Source of the DNA: Spirochaetia bacterium
GTDB taxonomy: Bacteria; Spirochaetota; Spirochaetia; CADAEX01
Assembly: GCA_963662795.1 (NCBI GenBank)
Contig: OY759746.1
Coordinates: 3,867,450 to 3,931,449, forward strand
Length of the DNA: 64,000 nt
Direction: 5' to 3'
Shown: positions 18,735 through 28,402 of the stretch, piece after piece
Position numbering within the stretch: position 1 is the stretch's first letter
Layout: each line of letters starts with the position of its first letter
Position numbers and translations under genes: made by a program
Notes under the pieces: model-generated
Databases searched by the model: none
Seen by the model: the letters and a program-made list of their open reading frames with translations, nothing else
Told to the model about the DNA's origin: nothing

Positions 18735-21467
18735 TTACTTAACTCCCAGGTTGAATACTCCGTCCCAGTTGGCTGCCGGCGGGGTTTTCCTGTATTTCTG
18801 ACACCTGTCCATAAATGTTGAGGCCGGCCCGTCTTCCGGCAGGAGTTTTAATATCTCGCTGAAAAGTTTTTCCGCCTTCTCCCATTCTTTTTCCTCAAAA
18901 GCATCAAGCGCGCCGTGAAACAGTTCAACACCTTCAACAGTTTTACGGTCTGCGGCCGACTTTTCCTCCAGTATTTCATAAAGCCTTACCGGAGTATTTA
19001 TTCCGACAACCCTTACCCTGTCGAGCTTTCTGAATAGAAAAGCATCCCCTGCCTGGTCTGCTGTTGATTCGCTTGTAAGCAGCCATGTTCCGTACTGCTT
19101 GTTGACTCCTTCAAGCCGGGCCGCGAGGTTTACAGCGTTTCCCATTATTGTATAGTCCATCTTCCTGGGAGTTCCCATGTTGCCGACAACCATCTCGCCT
19201 GTATTGACTCCTACCCTGGTAAGAAGAGGTGAAGGAGTAAGAGAATCACGCATGAATCTTTCATTAAGTTCCTTTTCCTCCCTCTTCATTCTTATCGCGG
19301 ACATACATGCCTTGTATGCGTGGTCTTCAAGATCAATCGGGGCACCGAAGAAGGAGATAATCGCGTCCCCTTCATATTTATCAATTGTCCCCTTGTATTC
19401 AAGGATAATGTCGCTCATCGCGGAAAGATAATAGTTAAGAAGCTTTACAAGGTCCTGCGGATCAAGGTTTTCAGATATTGTCGAGAACCCCTTAACATCG
19501 GTAAATACAGCTGTAAGGTTTTTCTTTTCCCCTCCGAGGTTCAGCCTGTCCGGGTTAAGGATAAGCTGGCTGATAACGTCAGCCGACAGGTATCTTGAAA
19601 AGGCGTTTCGCAAGAAACTTTTCTCGCTTTCGCTCTTTATGAATTTCATTATTGAAAGCGCAAGAAATGTAAAAAAGATTACAAGGACAGGAGTCAGAAT
19701 CGGAAGATATATTTTAAGAAAAATAAAGATTCCTGCTCCCGCGAGTATTACAATAAAAAGGAAAATCAAACCAATAAATACAACCTTTTTAGGGTCTGTT
19801 TTTCTGGTTGTGAATGTTACAAGAAAAGCAAATATTGAAGCTATAATTCCGGAAATTGAAACAGGCAGCTCTGTAATAAAATCACCGGAAAGGATTGTGT
19901 TTGCGACTGCCGCGTGTGTGCCGACATTCATGTAGTTTTTTTCAAACGGGTTTACGCCGATATCTGTTGTTGATATACCAGTATAGCCCATAATCGCAAA
20001 TGAACCGGCAAGTTCTTTTTCAAGTATTCCCCTTATTTCCATAAGCTTTCTGTAATCACCGTCTACAGCGTCGAATACAGTTTCCACTTCACTGCGGATT
20101 GCAAGATATTCATCCTTTTTCGAGATATCAAAATCAGGATGGGCAATAATTTCATCTATACGGCCGATAATCGCTTTTTCGGCGTTCCCGTCAAGCAGCT
20201 CTCCCAATCCCTCAAAAAACATTTTCCTCACACTGCGGTATTCTTCCATCTCTTCCGGGGCCCTTAACTCTTCCAGTATATCGTCCCTGATGCCGTCGCT
20301 GTACCTGTAAAGATCAAGCAGCGGGGTATCGCCTCCGTAAAATGATAAATATCCAGCCTTATCCATTATTTCAAGGTTCATCATGATGTTATCCAGAAGC
20401 TTGTCATGAACTACAAGGTTGTTGAAGGAAAGCTGTCTGAAGCTGTCAGCGAAAAGTTTTTTCGGCCAGTGGATGAGCATTTTGCCCTCTTCCGTAAGAG
20501 GGATTGTGATATCACGTAAAGAACCGTCAGGATATTTCGCTCCTTTTAAAGTAACGCGGCTGCCTGTTACAGATATATCCGGATTCCCAAGGTAATCAAA
20601 AAGAGGGGCAGCTACAAGCTGGGGATAGAGTTTGCCTTCGTATTCTTTAAAGACATCAATCCGCCGCCTTACGCCGTCATCATCAACGACAACGTTGGGG
20701 AACCCAGCCCCCTTCCCTTTTGAAATGATGGGAAGAATTGCGGGCTGAAGAGATTTTGCCTTTTCAAAAATTTTATTTTTTTCAGGATCAAAGCCTGATA
20801 CTTTAACAGGTATGTTTGATTTAACATAATCGGTAAGATCTTCCCTGACATTGATGAGCTGAATATCATCAGGGAGCATATTGACCGTAAAGAAAGCCGT
20901 ATCAAAAAGTCTTGCAGTTTTTCCAAGATAGATATCATTATCCCTGGCAATATGCTGTACTGCATCCAGCAGCTGTTCTTTCAGGGAATCTGTAAGTCCC
21001 GCAAGGTCGTTGACATAGTCTTCGGCATCCCTCACATGAATTGATCCGTTTGCAATTGCGGTAAAAAGGCCGGTGATATTGTCCTTAAGCCCTGCGAACT
21101 GGCTGCTGAACAGATCAGGGATAATTTCCTCAAGGTAGCGGGAATCTATCCCCTGGGGGCTTCTGTCCACATACTCAATATCAAAAACAACATAGGCAGT
21201 TTCAAACTCCTTCATCAGTATAAGACCGTCAGCGACAATGTCGCGGCTCCACGGCCAGACTCCTACCTGGGCTATGGCAAGATCATCTATGTTAAGCAAG
21301 AGTATTTCCTGTCTTTCTTCAATTGTTGGTTTTATATTAAGCAGCACATCATAAATCCTTTTTTCCGCTACCCTGTATACAGGCAGTAGGAGCAGAAGCG
21401 CGAAAAAACCGGAGACGACTGCCGGAATTATAAAGAGTTTCCATTTATCCAGGATTATTTTTTTCAT
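18735..21467 (-). CDS. CHASE2-domain class III adenylate cyclase (copy B)
   Basis: Full-length paralog of 5923..8625 with the same catalytic motifs. Confidence 0.92.
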   Translation of the reverse strand: MKKIILDKWKLFIIPAVVSGFFALLLLLPVYRVAEKRIYDVLLNIKPTIEERQEILLLNIDDLAIAQVGVWPWSRDIVADGLILMKEFETAYVVFDIEYVDRSPQGIDSRYLEEIIPDLFSSQFAGLKDNITGLFTAIANGSIHVRDAEDYVNDLAGLTDSLKEQLLDAVQHIARDNDIYLGKTARLFDTAFFTVNMLPDDIQLINVREDLTDYVKSNIPVKVSGFDPEKNKIFEKAKSLQPAILPIISKGKGAGFPNVVVDDDGVRRRIDVFKEYEGKLYPQLVAAPLFDYLGNPDISVTGSRVTLKGAKYPDGSLRDITIPLTEEGKMLIHWPKKLFADSFRQLSFNNLVVHDKLLDNIMMNLEIMDKAGYLSFYGGDTPLLDLYRYSDGIRDDILEELRAPEEMEEYRSVRKMFFEGLGELLDGNAEKAIIGRIDEIIAHPDFDISKKDEYLAIRSEVETVFDAVDGDYRKLMEIRGILEKELAGSFAIMGYTGISTTDIGVNPFEKNYMNVGTHAAVANTILSGDFITELPVSISGIIASIFAFLVTFTTRKTDPKKVVFIGLIFLFIVILAGAGIFIFLKIYLPILTPVLVIFFTFLALSIMKFIKSESEKSFLRNAFSRYLSADVISQLILNPDRLNLGGEKKNLTAVFTDVKGFSTISENLDPQDLVKLLNYYLSAMSDIILEYKGTIDKYEGDAIISFFGAPIDLEDHAYKACMSAIRMKREEKELNERFMRDSLTPSPLLTRVGVNTGEMVVGNMGTPRKMDYTIMGNAVNLAARLEGVNKQYGTWLLTSESTADQAGDAFLFRKLDRVRVVGINTPVRLYEILEEKSAADRKTVEGVELFHGALDAFEEKEWEKAEKLFSEILKLLPEDGPASTFMDRCQKYRKTPPAANWDGVFNLGVK

Positions 21468-21617
21468 AAGTACCTATCCCCTTAATTAAAAAGTATATGT
21501 GATTTTCTTATTTATTTACAACCAATAATTTTGTTTTTCCGGCACGGGGTATATTTTTGAGCATTATGGGTTTATAATAATTTTATAATAAATTAATTCG
21601 GGAGGATTATCTTAGAC

Positions 21618-22641
21618 GGCCAGAAATTCCTAGCGCAATAAACTAATATTGTGACAGGAGTTTTAAGTGAGTTACAAAAGAATGAATCTCAATGAAAGAA
21701 TGGCCATTTTTCAGATGATTTACACCAAAAGATTAAAGCTATCACAAATAGCAAGTAATCTTGGCCGAAGAGCTTCAAGTATTACAAGAGAAATAAAACG
21801 CGGTACTGATGAAGGATATTACAATCCTTTAATTGCAGAGTATGAGCATTTAAGGCAAAGAAAAAATCAGAGCCCCAAATTAAAAATAGACAACAAGTCA
21901 TGGCAGCTTATAAAACCCAAACTCCAACTCCGGTGGTCCCCACAGCAAATTGCCAAATGGCTGGAAATAAATTATCCTTCAGATAAAGTGAGTGATAAAA
22001 CAATTTATAACTATGTCCATTTCCACATGAGGGGAGAGCTTAAAAAACTAGCGCTTAAAGATTTAAGACTCAAAGGAAAGAAAAGAAAGAGTGCAAATAA
22101 GGACGAAAAACGGGGTAAATTAAAAGATATTACCCTTATAGACGAAAGGCCTGCTGAAATTAACTCACGGAAAGTTCCAGGACACTGGGAAGGAGATCTT
22201 CTCATTGGAAAGGACCATAAATCAGCAATCTGCGTAATAGTTGAACGTAAAACTAGGTTTATCCAGCTTGATCTGTTAAAAACATATGATGCAAATACAG
22301 TAAGAAAAACAATAGAGAAAAGGTTTAAGAAGATATCTCCTCTTCTAAGAAAATCTCTGACTCTTGATCAGGGTAAAGAGAACAGTGAGTTCAAAAAACT
22401 CAAAGAAAATCTTAATATTGATGTATACTTTTGCCATCCGGCATCTCCCTGGGAAAAGGGAACATGTGAAAACACAAATGGCTTGATTCGTGATATGCTT
22501 GATGAAGTAGATGATTTCAGAAAGCTTTCGCAGTATGATGTATCACGAGTAGCAAGGCTATTGAATGAGAGGCCAAGAAAAACTCTTGACTTCATAACAC
22601 CTAAAGAAGCTATTGCCAATTTGCGCTAGGAATTTCTGTGC
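21618..22641 (+). mobile_element. IS30-family insertion sequence
   Basis: Perfect 18-bp inverted repeat CAGAAATTCCTAGCGCAA (21621-21638 and 22621-22638); probable 2-bp target duplication AC (21616-17 and 22642-43). Exact ends are slightly uncertain. Confidence 0.88.
21667..22629 (+). CDS. IS30-family transposase
   Basis: HTH, WSPQQI, GHWEGD, TLDQGKE, PWEKGTCENTNGLIR, LNERPRKTL. Confidence 0.95.
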   Translation: MSYKRMNLNERMAIFQMIYTKRLKLSQIASNLGRRASSITREIKRGTDEGYYNPLIAEYEHLRQRKNQSPKLKIDNKSWQLIKPKLQLRWSPQQIAKWLEINYPSDKVSDKTIYNYVHFHMRGELKKLALKDLRLKGKKRKSANKDEKRGKLKDITLIDERPAEINSRKVPGHWEGDLLIGKDHKSAICVIVERKTRFIQLDLLKTYDANTVRKTIEKRFKKISPLLRKSLTLDQGKENSEFKKLKENLNIDVYFCHPASPWEKGTCENTNGLIRDMLDEVDDFRKLSQYDVSRVARLLNERPRKTLDFITPKEAIANLR

Positions 22642-22646
22642 ACATT

Positions 22647-23454
22647 ATGAAAAAGATTATTTCCTCGCCTTTAATGCTTATCTTTTCAATTCTAATACTT
22701 ACAGGCGTATTTTTCTCAGGATGCAATTCAGATACCACATCCGACGGCGGGAGATGTTATCGGGACATGGATCAAGGTCTGGGAAGGTGACCCTTACCAG
22801 ATTCCTTCGGAAGGTGAAGGGCCCTTCGCAGATACCCTGATCTTTGATGTCGGGGACACCGCACTCGAAGCTGTTTTTTATATGAATACCGAACAGGTAG
22901 GCGGGTTTAAGGGAACATATTCAATTAGTGATGATGAAATTGTTGTTTCAGTGACCCATACATGGAATGAGGAATGGGATTGGGAAGGAGAGAACGATCC
23001 TGTGTGGAATGAAGAATCCGATGAATATGTTTTCCTTTTTACTCCCGGCAGCAGCACTCTTGCAGTAACAGATTTCTATGAAGAAGTTATTGTAATGGAT
23101 AAGATAACATTTGGAAAACCGGACTTTCTCTCCGATCCGCCGTTTGGATGGTTTGACGGGGAAAGTGTATATTTAGCATTTGAAGTGACTGGTGAAAATC
23201 CTTATAGTTATGTGTGGGGTTCTCAATACAAACTTGGCACATGGGATGCATCCGGGACAGAGAACGGATATATACGCACTGTTGTGACTAGTTATAGTAT
23301 AGGAGACACCGCGCCATACTTAAATCTGAATTGGGGGTTTCTAAATCCTTATAGTTATTATAAGGGTGAAGGTATTCAGCTTGATATAGAGATGTATTAC
23401 GGTGATGGTATTACCACTATCACATTCGAACCTGATACGGCATCCATCGAATAA
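22647..23454 (+). pseudogene. Frameshifted lipoprotein (lipocalin-like)
   Basis: ATG 22647 gives MKKIISSPLMLIFSILILTGVFFSGC (lipobox). The mature part PTAGDVIGTW...VFYMNTEQ continues in the +1 frame into ORF 22882..23454. Confidence 0.7.
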
Positions 23455-23588
23455 TCAGTATGTTCATGATAAACAGCATTTTTTTCACTCTTTTCTGGTT
23501 TTTACTGGAAAAGCATTTTATAATTATAGGAAGCATTATTGCGTTTAAATACGGAATTGATAGAGATTTTAACTTAGGAGGTAGTTTA

Positions 23589-24071
23589 ATGCCTTTTTTT
23601 ACTGGCAAAAGGATTCTGAGAGCAGCTTTAATTGCAGTTATCTTCTGCTGTGCTGTGTTCACGGTTTCCGCGGATTTTAATACGATACTTGATTCTATCC
23701 TTACAGAGGATAAGATATCCTTCGGCAGCGCGTCATATATTCTTCTGACAGGTTCAGGAGCACTGAGTGAAGACGCAACCATCGAAGAGGCGGCCGCTAA
23801 AATGGCTGAAATGATTCCGCAGGCAGACGCATCGGCGGATAAACCTGTAACTATGGGTGAATTTTCCTATATGGCTATGAAAACATACGGGATAAGCGGA
23901 GGAATAATGTACCGCTTTTTTCCAGGCCCACGCTACGCAATCCGCGAACTGAGATACAAAAAAATAGTACAGGGAAACGCATACAGCGGTATGAACCTTT
24001 CATCTGAAAGGGCCTTGAGGATTATGGGCAGGGTACTTGACAGGGAGGAGTCGAAAAATGCGGAAAAATAG
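23589..24071 (+). CDS. Small secreted protein (SLH-like?), paralog of 8758..9207
   Basis: SD AGGAGG; signal peptide; GGIMYRFFPGPRYAIRE. Confidence 0.7.
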   Translation: MPFFTGKRILRAALIAVIFCCAVFTVSADFNTILDSILTEDKISFGSASYILLTGSGALSEDATIEEAAAKMAEMIPQADASADKPVTMGEFSYMAMKTYGISGGIMYRFFPGPRYAIRELRYKKIVQGNAYSGMNLSSERALRIMGRVLDREESKNAEK

Positions 24072-25356
24072 AATTATTTTTACAACAGTAATAGTGATGA
24101 TGCTTCTCGCTCCGTCATGTATCTTTGCGATTAGTATGGAAGCAGGCGGCACTTTTTATAACAGCACGGGTTTTGTCTCAGACGGTATTGAAGATACAGA
24201 CCTTGAGCAGCTTAATACACTTACCTTGCGTTTTGATGCGTACACGGAATCGGAAACAGGGGCCAACGGCACATTCACAGCTCAGGGAAGGTATGAATAT
24301 ACTGATGAAAGATCATTCCTCCTTGACGCCGAAATATTACGTCTTAAAGGGGCATTCCCCGGCGCAATGGGAGAAACATCAATAATTGAGGCATCTGCCG
24401 GAAGATTTTTCTTCAGCGACCCGGCAGGGATGATACTCACCCATACCGCAGACGGAGCTTCCTTTGAGCTGATGTATCCGAAGGTAAGGCTTATGGCAGC
24501 AGGAGGATATACCGGATTGATTATCAATCCTTCGAGCGATATAAGGATGACCCGTATAGACTTAAGCGAAACAGATCTTGAAATGGAAGATAATTTTTAC
24601 GGGCCGAAAAGAGCTTTCGGCCAGTTCGGCTTAACATTTCCTGAACTCTGGTGGCTCAACTCCCTATCTCTTTTTACCCTTGCACAGTTTGACCTGCGGG
24701 ATGAGGATGAAGGAACTGTTATGAATACACAGTACCTTGGAGTACAGACTGAAAGAAGCTACGGCAGGAACCTTTATCAGGACCTTTTTTTAATCCTTCA
24801 GGCCGGACAGCTGAAAACACCTGACCTCGAAGACAGGGTCGGCTACGGACTGCTTTTAGGGCTCCGCCTCAGATACCTTAAAGAGAATTTTTTCGGTTCA
24901 AGGTTTGAATTCAGGGCCCTTGGTGCCCCTCCCGATATTTCTACAGACGATCTTTCAGACAAGATTCCATTCGGAGTTCTCGGATTTGTCCCCATGAATC
25001 AGCCTGATCTCGGGGAAGCGGTTTCACCGTCACTTTCAGGTCTCGGGCTTTTTGACCTCAATTATTCCTTCAGGCCGTTTTACAACAGCAAATCAGAAAC
25101 TGCGGCAGGAATTCAGCCTGGTTTAGGGGCAAAAGGATATTTTAGGACATACTCGGTTAAAGTTGACTGGATAGACACAGATCCTGATTCAGACTCTCTT
25201 TATCTCGGCACTGAAATTAATGCCTCGCTGGTCTGGAGAATTTTTTCCGATCTCGGAATTGACATAAATGGCGCTTATTTTATTCCTTCAAGCACAATCT
25301 CTGAAGACATGGATACAATATGGGCGCTCAATTTTAATTTATCTGTAAGTTTTTAG
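24058..25356 (+). CDS. Outer-membrane beta-barrel protein (copy B)
   Basis: Signal peptide; AGRFF, H..DGA, GYTGL, YLGTE, SDxG shared with copy A; ends FNLSVSF. Confidence 0.78.
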   Translation: MRKNRIIFTTVIVMMLLAPSCIFAISMEAGGTFYNSTGFVSDGIEDTDLEQLNTLTLRFDAYTESETGANGTFTAQGRYEYTDERSFLLDAEILRLKGAFPGAMGETSIIEASAGRFFFSDPAGMILTHTADGASFELMYPKVRLMAAGGYTGLIINPSSDIRMTRIDLSETDLEMEDNFYGPKRAFGQFGLTFPELWWLNSLSLFTLAQFDLRDEDEGTVMNTQYLGVQTERSYGRNLYQDLFLILQAGQLKTPDLEDRVGYGLLLGLRLRYLKENFFGSRFEFRALGAPPDISTDDLSDKIPFGVLGFVPMNQPDLGEAVSPSLSGLGLFDLNYSFRPFYNSKSETAAGIQPGLGAKGYFRTYSVKVDWIDTDPDSDSLYLGTEINASLVWRIFSDLGIDINGAYFIPSSTISEDMDTIWALNFNLSVSF

Positions 25357-25373
25357 TTTAGGAGGTATCAGGT

Positions 25374-26075
25374 ATGATACGTAAAATGTTTATTTTTTAT
25401 TTGTTATTGTTGATAGTATCTGCTTCTGCGCTCTACGGGGCAGCACAAAACGCAGTTGTTGTTTCAGCTTCAGGAAAGGTCGAGTACAAGGCGGAAGGGG
25501 CCGCATGGACCGCTGTAAAAGAGGGAACAGAGATTCCGCCCGGCTCAACAATTTCTACCGGTTTTAATTCAAAAGCAGTTATTGAGATGGGCTCATCCAC
25601 CCTTGAAGTTAAGCCCCTTACAAGGATGAGGCTTGATAAACTTGCGGAACAGGACGGAGTTATATCTACAGACCTCTTCCTCAGAGTCGGCAGGGTAAAA
25701 GCGGAAGTAAAGGCAGTTGAAGGGCTGCAGCACAGTTTTACCTTAAAAAGCCCGGTTACCACTGCGTCCGTTAGGGGAACAGGATTTGATTTTGACGGCG
25801 TAAACCTAAAGGTAAGAAACGGCGTTGTAAAAATGAGCAACAGGTTCAGGCATTCAGCATCGTATAAAGCCGGTGAATCCGGCTCTTCCACCGGTATAAC
25901 TCCTCCGAAGGGAGGCTCTGAAGGACGGGAAAGTGATATAGTTGTGAGCGCAGACACATCCGATGTTTTAGGCGGAGGAGAAGATACCGATCCCACAACG
26001 TCAGGGGGCGGAAGCTCTTCCGGTGTCCAGTACGGCAGCATTGGCGTCAACTGGACCGTCTACATTGTTGAATAA
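25374..26075 (+). CDS. Secreted FecR-domain protein 3
   Basis: STGFNS, KPLTR, SPVTTASVRGT; Ser/Gly-rich tail. Confidence 0.85.
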   Translation: MIRKMFIFYLLLLIVSASALYGAAQNAVVVSASGKVEYKAEGAAWTAVKEGTEIPPGSTISTGFNSKAVIEMGSSTLEVKPLTRMRLDKLAEQDGVISTDLFLRVGRVKAEVKAVEGLQHSFTLKSPVTTASVRGTGFDFDGVNLKVRNGVVKMSNRFRHSASYKAGESGSSTGITPPKGGSEGRESDIVVSADTSDVLGGGEDTDPTTSGGGSSSGVQYGSIGVNWTVYIVE

Positions 26076-26092
26076 TAGGCAGGGAGGTTTAT

Positions 26093-26806
26093 ATGTTTAA
26101 TAAAAATTTTATTTTAAAAACAGTTTTGCTGTTTTTTGTCATACTGGCATTCGGCGGGTGCTATCAGATGATTGAATCATCTGAAGGAGACCTTGTTCTT
26201 AATGCTTCAATTCCAGCCCGCGCAGCAGAAAACCTGTCGGGAGATATATGGGTCGTAGGTATTGTCCTTGATGCCGCGTTTGAAGAACAGCTTAAAGAAA
26301 TCAACAGGATAGGCGATATCCAGGATGCAGATGACGGAATTGAGGATTATCTTGATGACGATCTGGATGATCTGTGGCAGGATGCAATTCAGAAAGGGGC
26401 TGTCCGCTTTGACGGAGGACGTTTTTATTTCCAGTTCAAAATGACTATACCCGATTCTGATACAGGGAATTTTACAATTTCAGGAATCCCTGCAAATAAA
26501 AAATATTTTCTCTATGTAGCAGTCTTTGATAATGAAGTTACATCTCTTGATGAGTTTGATGAAGACCCTGGTCTTGTTATGGATATAAGGTATTATGACC
26601 CTGCTGATATTGCTGATCCCTTTAACAGAATACCTGACAGTACTCCTGCCGGATGGTATTGTTTCAAGGATTGGGATTTTGAATATAACAACGGAAATCC
26701 TCGGCTTGGTACCGACACTGAAATCTGGACAACTGCATCAGAGCAGCCGTTTACCGTGGAAGCAGGTAAAGCTACATCGGTCGATATACTTCTTGTAGAT
26801 TTTTAG
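26093..26806 (+). CDS. Lipoprotein (Cys-Tyr type) 3
   Basis: Lipobox FGGC; acidic; C-terminal PFTVEAGKATSVDILL. Confidence 0.75.
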   Translation: MFNKNFILKTVLLFFVILAFGGCYQMIESSEGDLVLNASIPARAAENLSGDIWVVGIVLDAAFEEQLKEINRIGDIQDADDGIEDYLDDDLDDLWQDAIQKGAVRFDGGRFYFQFKMTIPDSDTGNFTISGIPANKKYFLYVAVFDNEVTSLDEFDEDPGLVMDIRYYDPADIADPFNRIPDSTPAGWYCFKDWDFEYNNGNPRLGTDTEIWTTASEQPFTVEAGKATSVDILLVDF

Positions 26807-26827
26807 CTTGTTTTTTAATTCAATCAG

Positions 26828-26854
26828 AGCGGGGCTTTGTCCCCGCTTTTTTTT
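26828..26854 (+). terminator. Intrinsic terminator
   Basis: AGCGGGG-ctttgt-CCCCGCT followed by a T run. Confidence 0.85.
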
Positions 26855-26878
26855 CATTTCCTGATGTCTGTGCAGCTG

Positions 26879-27310
26879 TCATTCGGGAATTATCAGTTCC
26901 CTCTTCCCTCCCCTCCTCCGTACCCAGTTGATAGCATCAGCTATCTTTTTCTTCCGGATTATTCTTTTCTGCAAATTCCATTTGCCGGGAAAATCTATAA
27001 GGATAAGAGAAAGAAAGATTGTCAGCAATCCCTGACCAGGGATGAATAGAAGCGCTATACCGATAAAAAAAAGGACCAGCCCGGTGAGGTTTTTTATTGC
27101 AAGCAAAATATAAAATGCCAGGGGGGCAGATGCCGGCCTTGTAAAGGATTCTCTCCTTTTTTCTTTAAGAAAATAATCTTCAGGAAGCAGATTAATCAAA
27201 AAAGGAACAGCAAGCGCTGTCCCGATAAATGCTGCCGCGGAAACAACTCCAGCGGCAAGCAGCAGTATTTCATTAGACTCAATCCAGTTTATTAACTGAT
27301 CAAGGTTCAT
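26879..27310 (-). CDS. PGPGW-family membrane protein
   Basis: LPEDYF, IKN..G, IPGQGLL, DFPGK. Confidence 0.75.
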   Translation of the reverse strand: MNLDQLINWIESNEILLLAAGVVSAAAFIGTALAVPFLINLLPEDYFLKEKRRESFTRPASAPLAFYILLAIKNLTGLVLFFIGIALLFIPGQGLLTIFLSLILIDFPGKWNLQKRIIRKKKIADAINWVRRRGGKRELIIPE

Positions 27311-27328
27311 ATCTTTATATCAAGGGGT

Positions 27329-28384
27329 TTAAGCCCGCTCTCTTTTTTTTCTGGCTTCTTCAGCTTTTCTGCTGATTTTATTCCATACGCCTGAAAGCCC
27401 CATTGCCTTTTTCATCTCTTTCAATGTAAAGGCTGCTTCCTGCCTCATTTTCATGGTGCCTTCAAAAAGTATTTCCTCAACAAGGCCTTTCTGTCCTTCA
27501 TACTGCGATCTTCTCTCCCTGATAGGTCCAAGAAAGTTATTTATTGCAACAGAAAGCTTCTGTTTTACCTCTACATCGCCTACCTTGCCTTTTTTATATC
27601 TTTCTTTCAGATCATCAACTTCCGCTGTATCAGAATTAAAAATATCGTGGTAGATAAAAACAGGGTTGCCTTTGACCTTCCCCGGGATATCCGCCCGTAT
27701 TCTGGCAGGGTCTGTATACATTCCCGCAACTTTTTTCTCAACCTCTTTGGCGCTGTCTGAAAGCATTATAGAGTTGTTCAGGGATTTGGACATTTTCGCG
27801 TTTCCGTCAGTCCCCACAAGGGTTGGAACATCGCCGATCATTGCATCAGGAACAGGGAAAACTTCTCCGTAGAGGGTATTGAATCTTCTCGCAATCTCCC
27901 GGGTAAGCTCCACATGGGACTCGTTATCCTTTCCAACAGGCACAAGATGGGCCCTTGGCATAAGAATATCTGCTGCCTGAAGCACCGGATAACCCAGAAG
28001 TCCAAACGGGATTTCAGTGAGGTTTGCCGACTTTGCCATATCCTTGATGCTGGGCACCCTCTGAAGGCGTGGAACAGTAACCAGGTTTTCGAAAATTAGG
28101 TTCATTTCACACACTTCATGAACAGCAGATTGAAGGTAAATAACGCTTTTTGCAGGATCTATCCCGCAGGCAAGGTAGTCAAGGACAAGCTCGTGCGCGT
28201 TCTGGCCTATGGCTTCAATAGCTTCCCGTGAAGGCTTTGTTGTAAGCATGTGGAGATCAGCAATAATGAAAAAACACTCATATTTATCCTGAAGAGCCAC
28301 CCTGTTTTTTAATGAACCGACATAATGTCCAAGATGCAATTTACCTGTCGGCCTGTCGCCGGTTAAAATTCTTTTTTTGCTCAT
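27329..28384 (-). CDS. trpS: Tryptophan--tRNA ligase
   Basis: TGDRPTGKLHLGH, YPVLQAADI, KMSKS. Confidence 0.97.
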   Translation of the reverse strand: MSKKRILTGDRPTGKLHLGHYVGSLKNRVALQDKYECFFIIADLHMLTTKPSREAIEAIGQNAHELVLDYLACGIDPAKSVIYLQSAVHEVCEMNLIFENLVTVPRLQRVPSIKDMAKSANLTEIPFGLLGYPVLQAADILMPRAHLVPVGKDNESHVELTREIARRFNTLYGEVFPVPDAMIGDVPTLVGTDGNAKMSKSLNNSIMLSDSAKEVEKKVAGMYTDPARIRADIPGKVKGNPVFIYHDIFNSDTAEVDDLKERYKKGKVGDVEVKQKLSVAINNFLGPIRERRSQYEGQKGLVEEILFEGTMKMRQEAAFTLKEMKKAMGLSGVWNKISRKAEEARKKRERA

Positions 28385-28402
28385 TTATTTTCCTTAAAAT
28401 TA

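Noticed and set aside
22613-22840. 75-aa ORF at the IS right end
   Set aside because: It spans the IS junction in a frame different from both parts of the lipoprotein pseudogene, so it is likely spurious.
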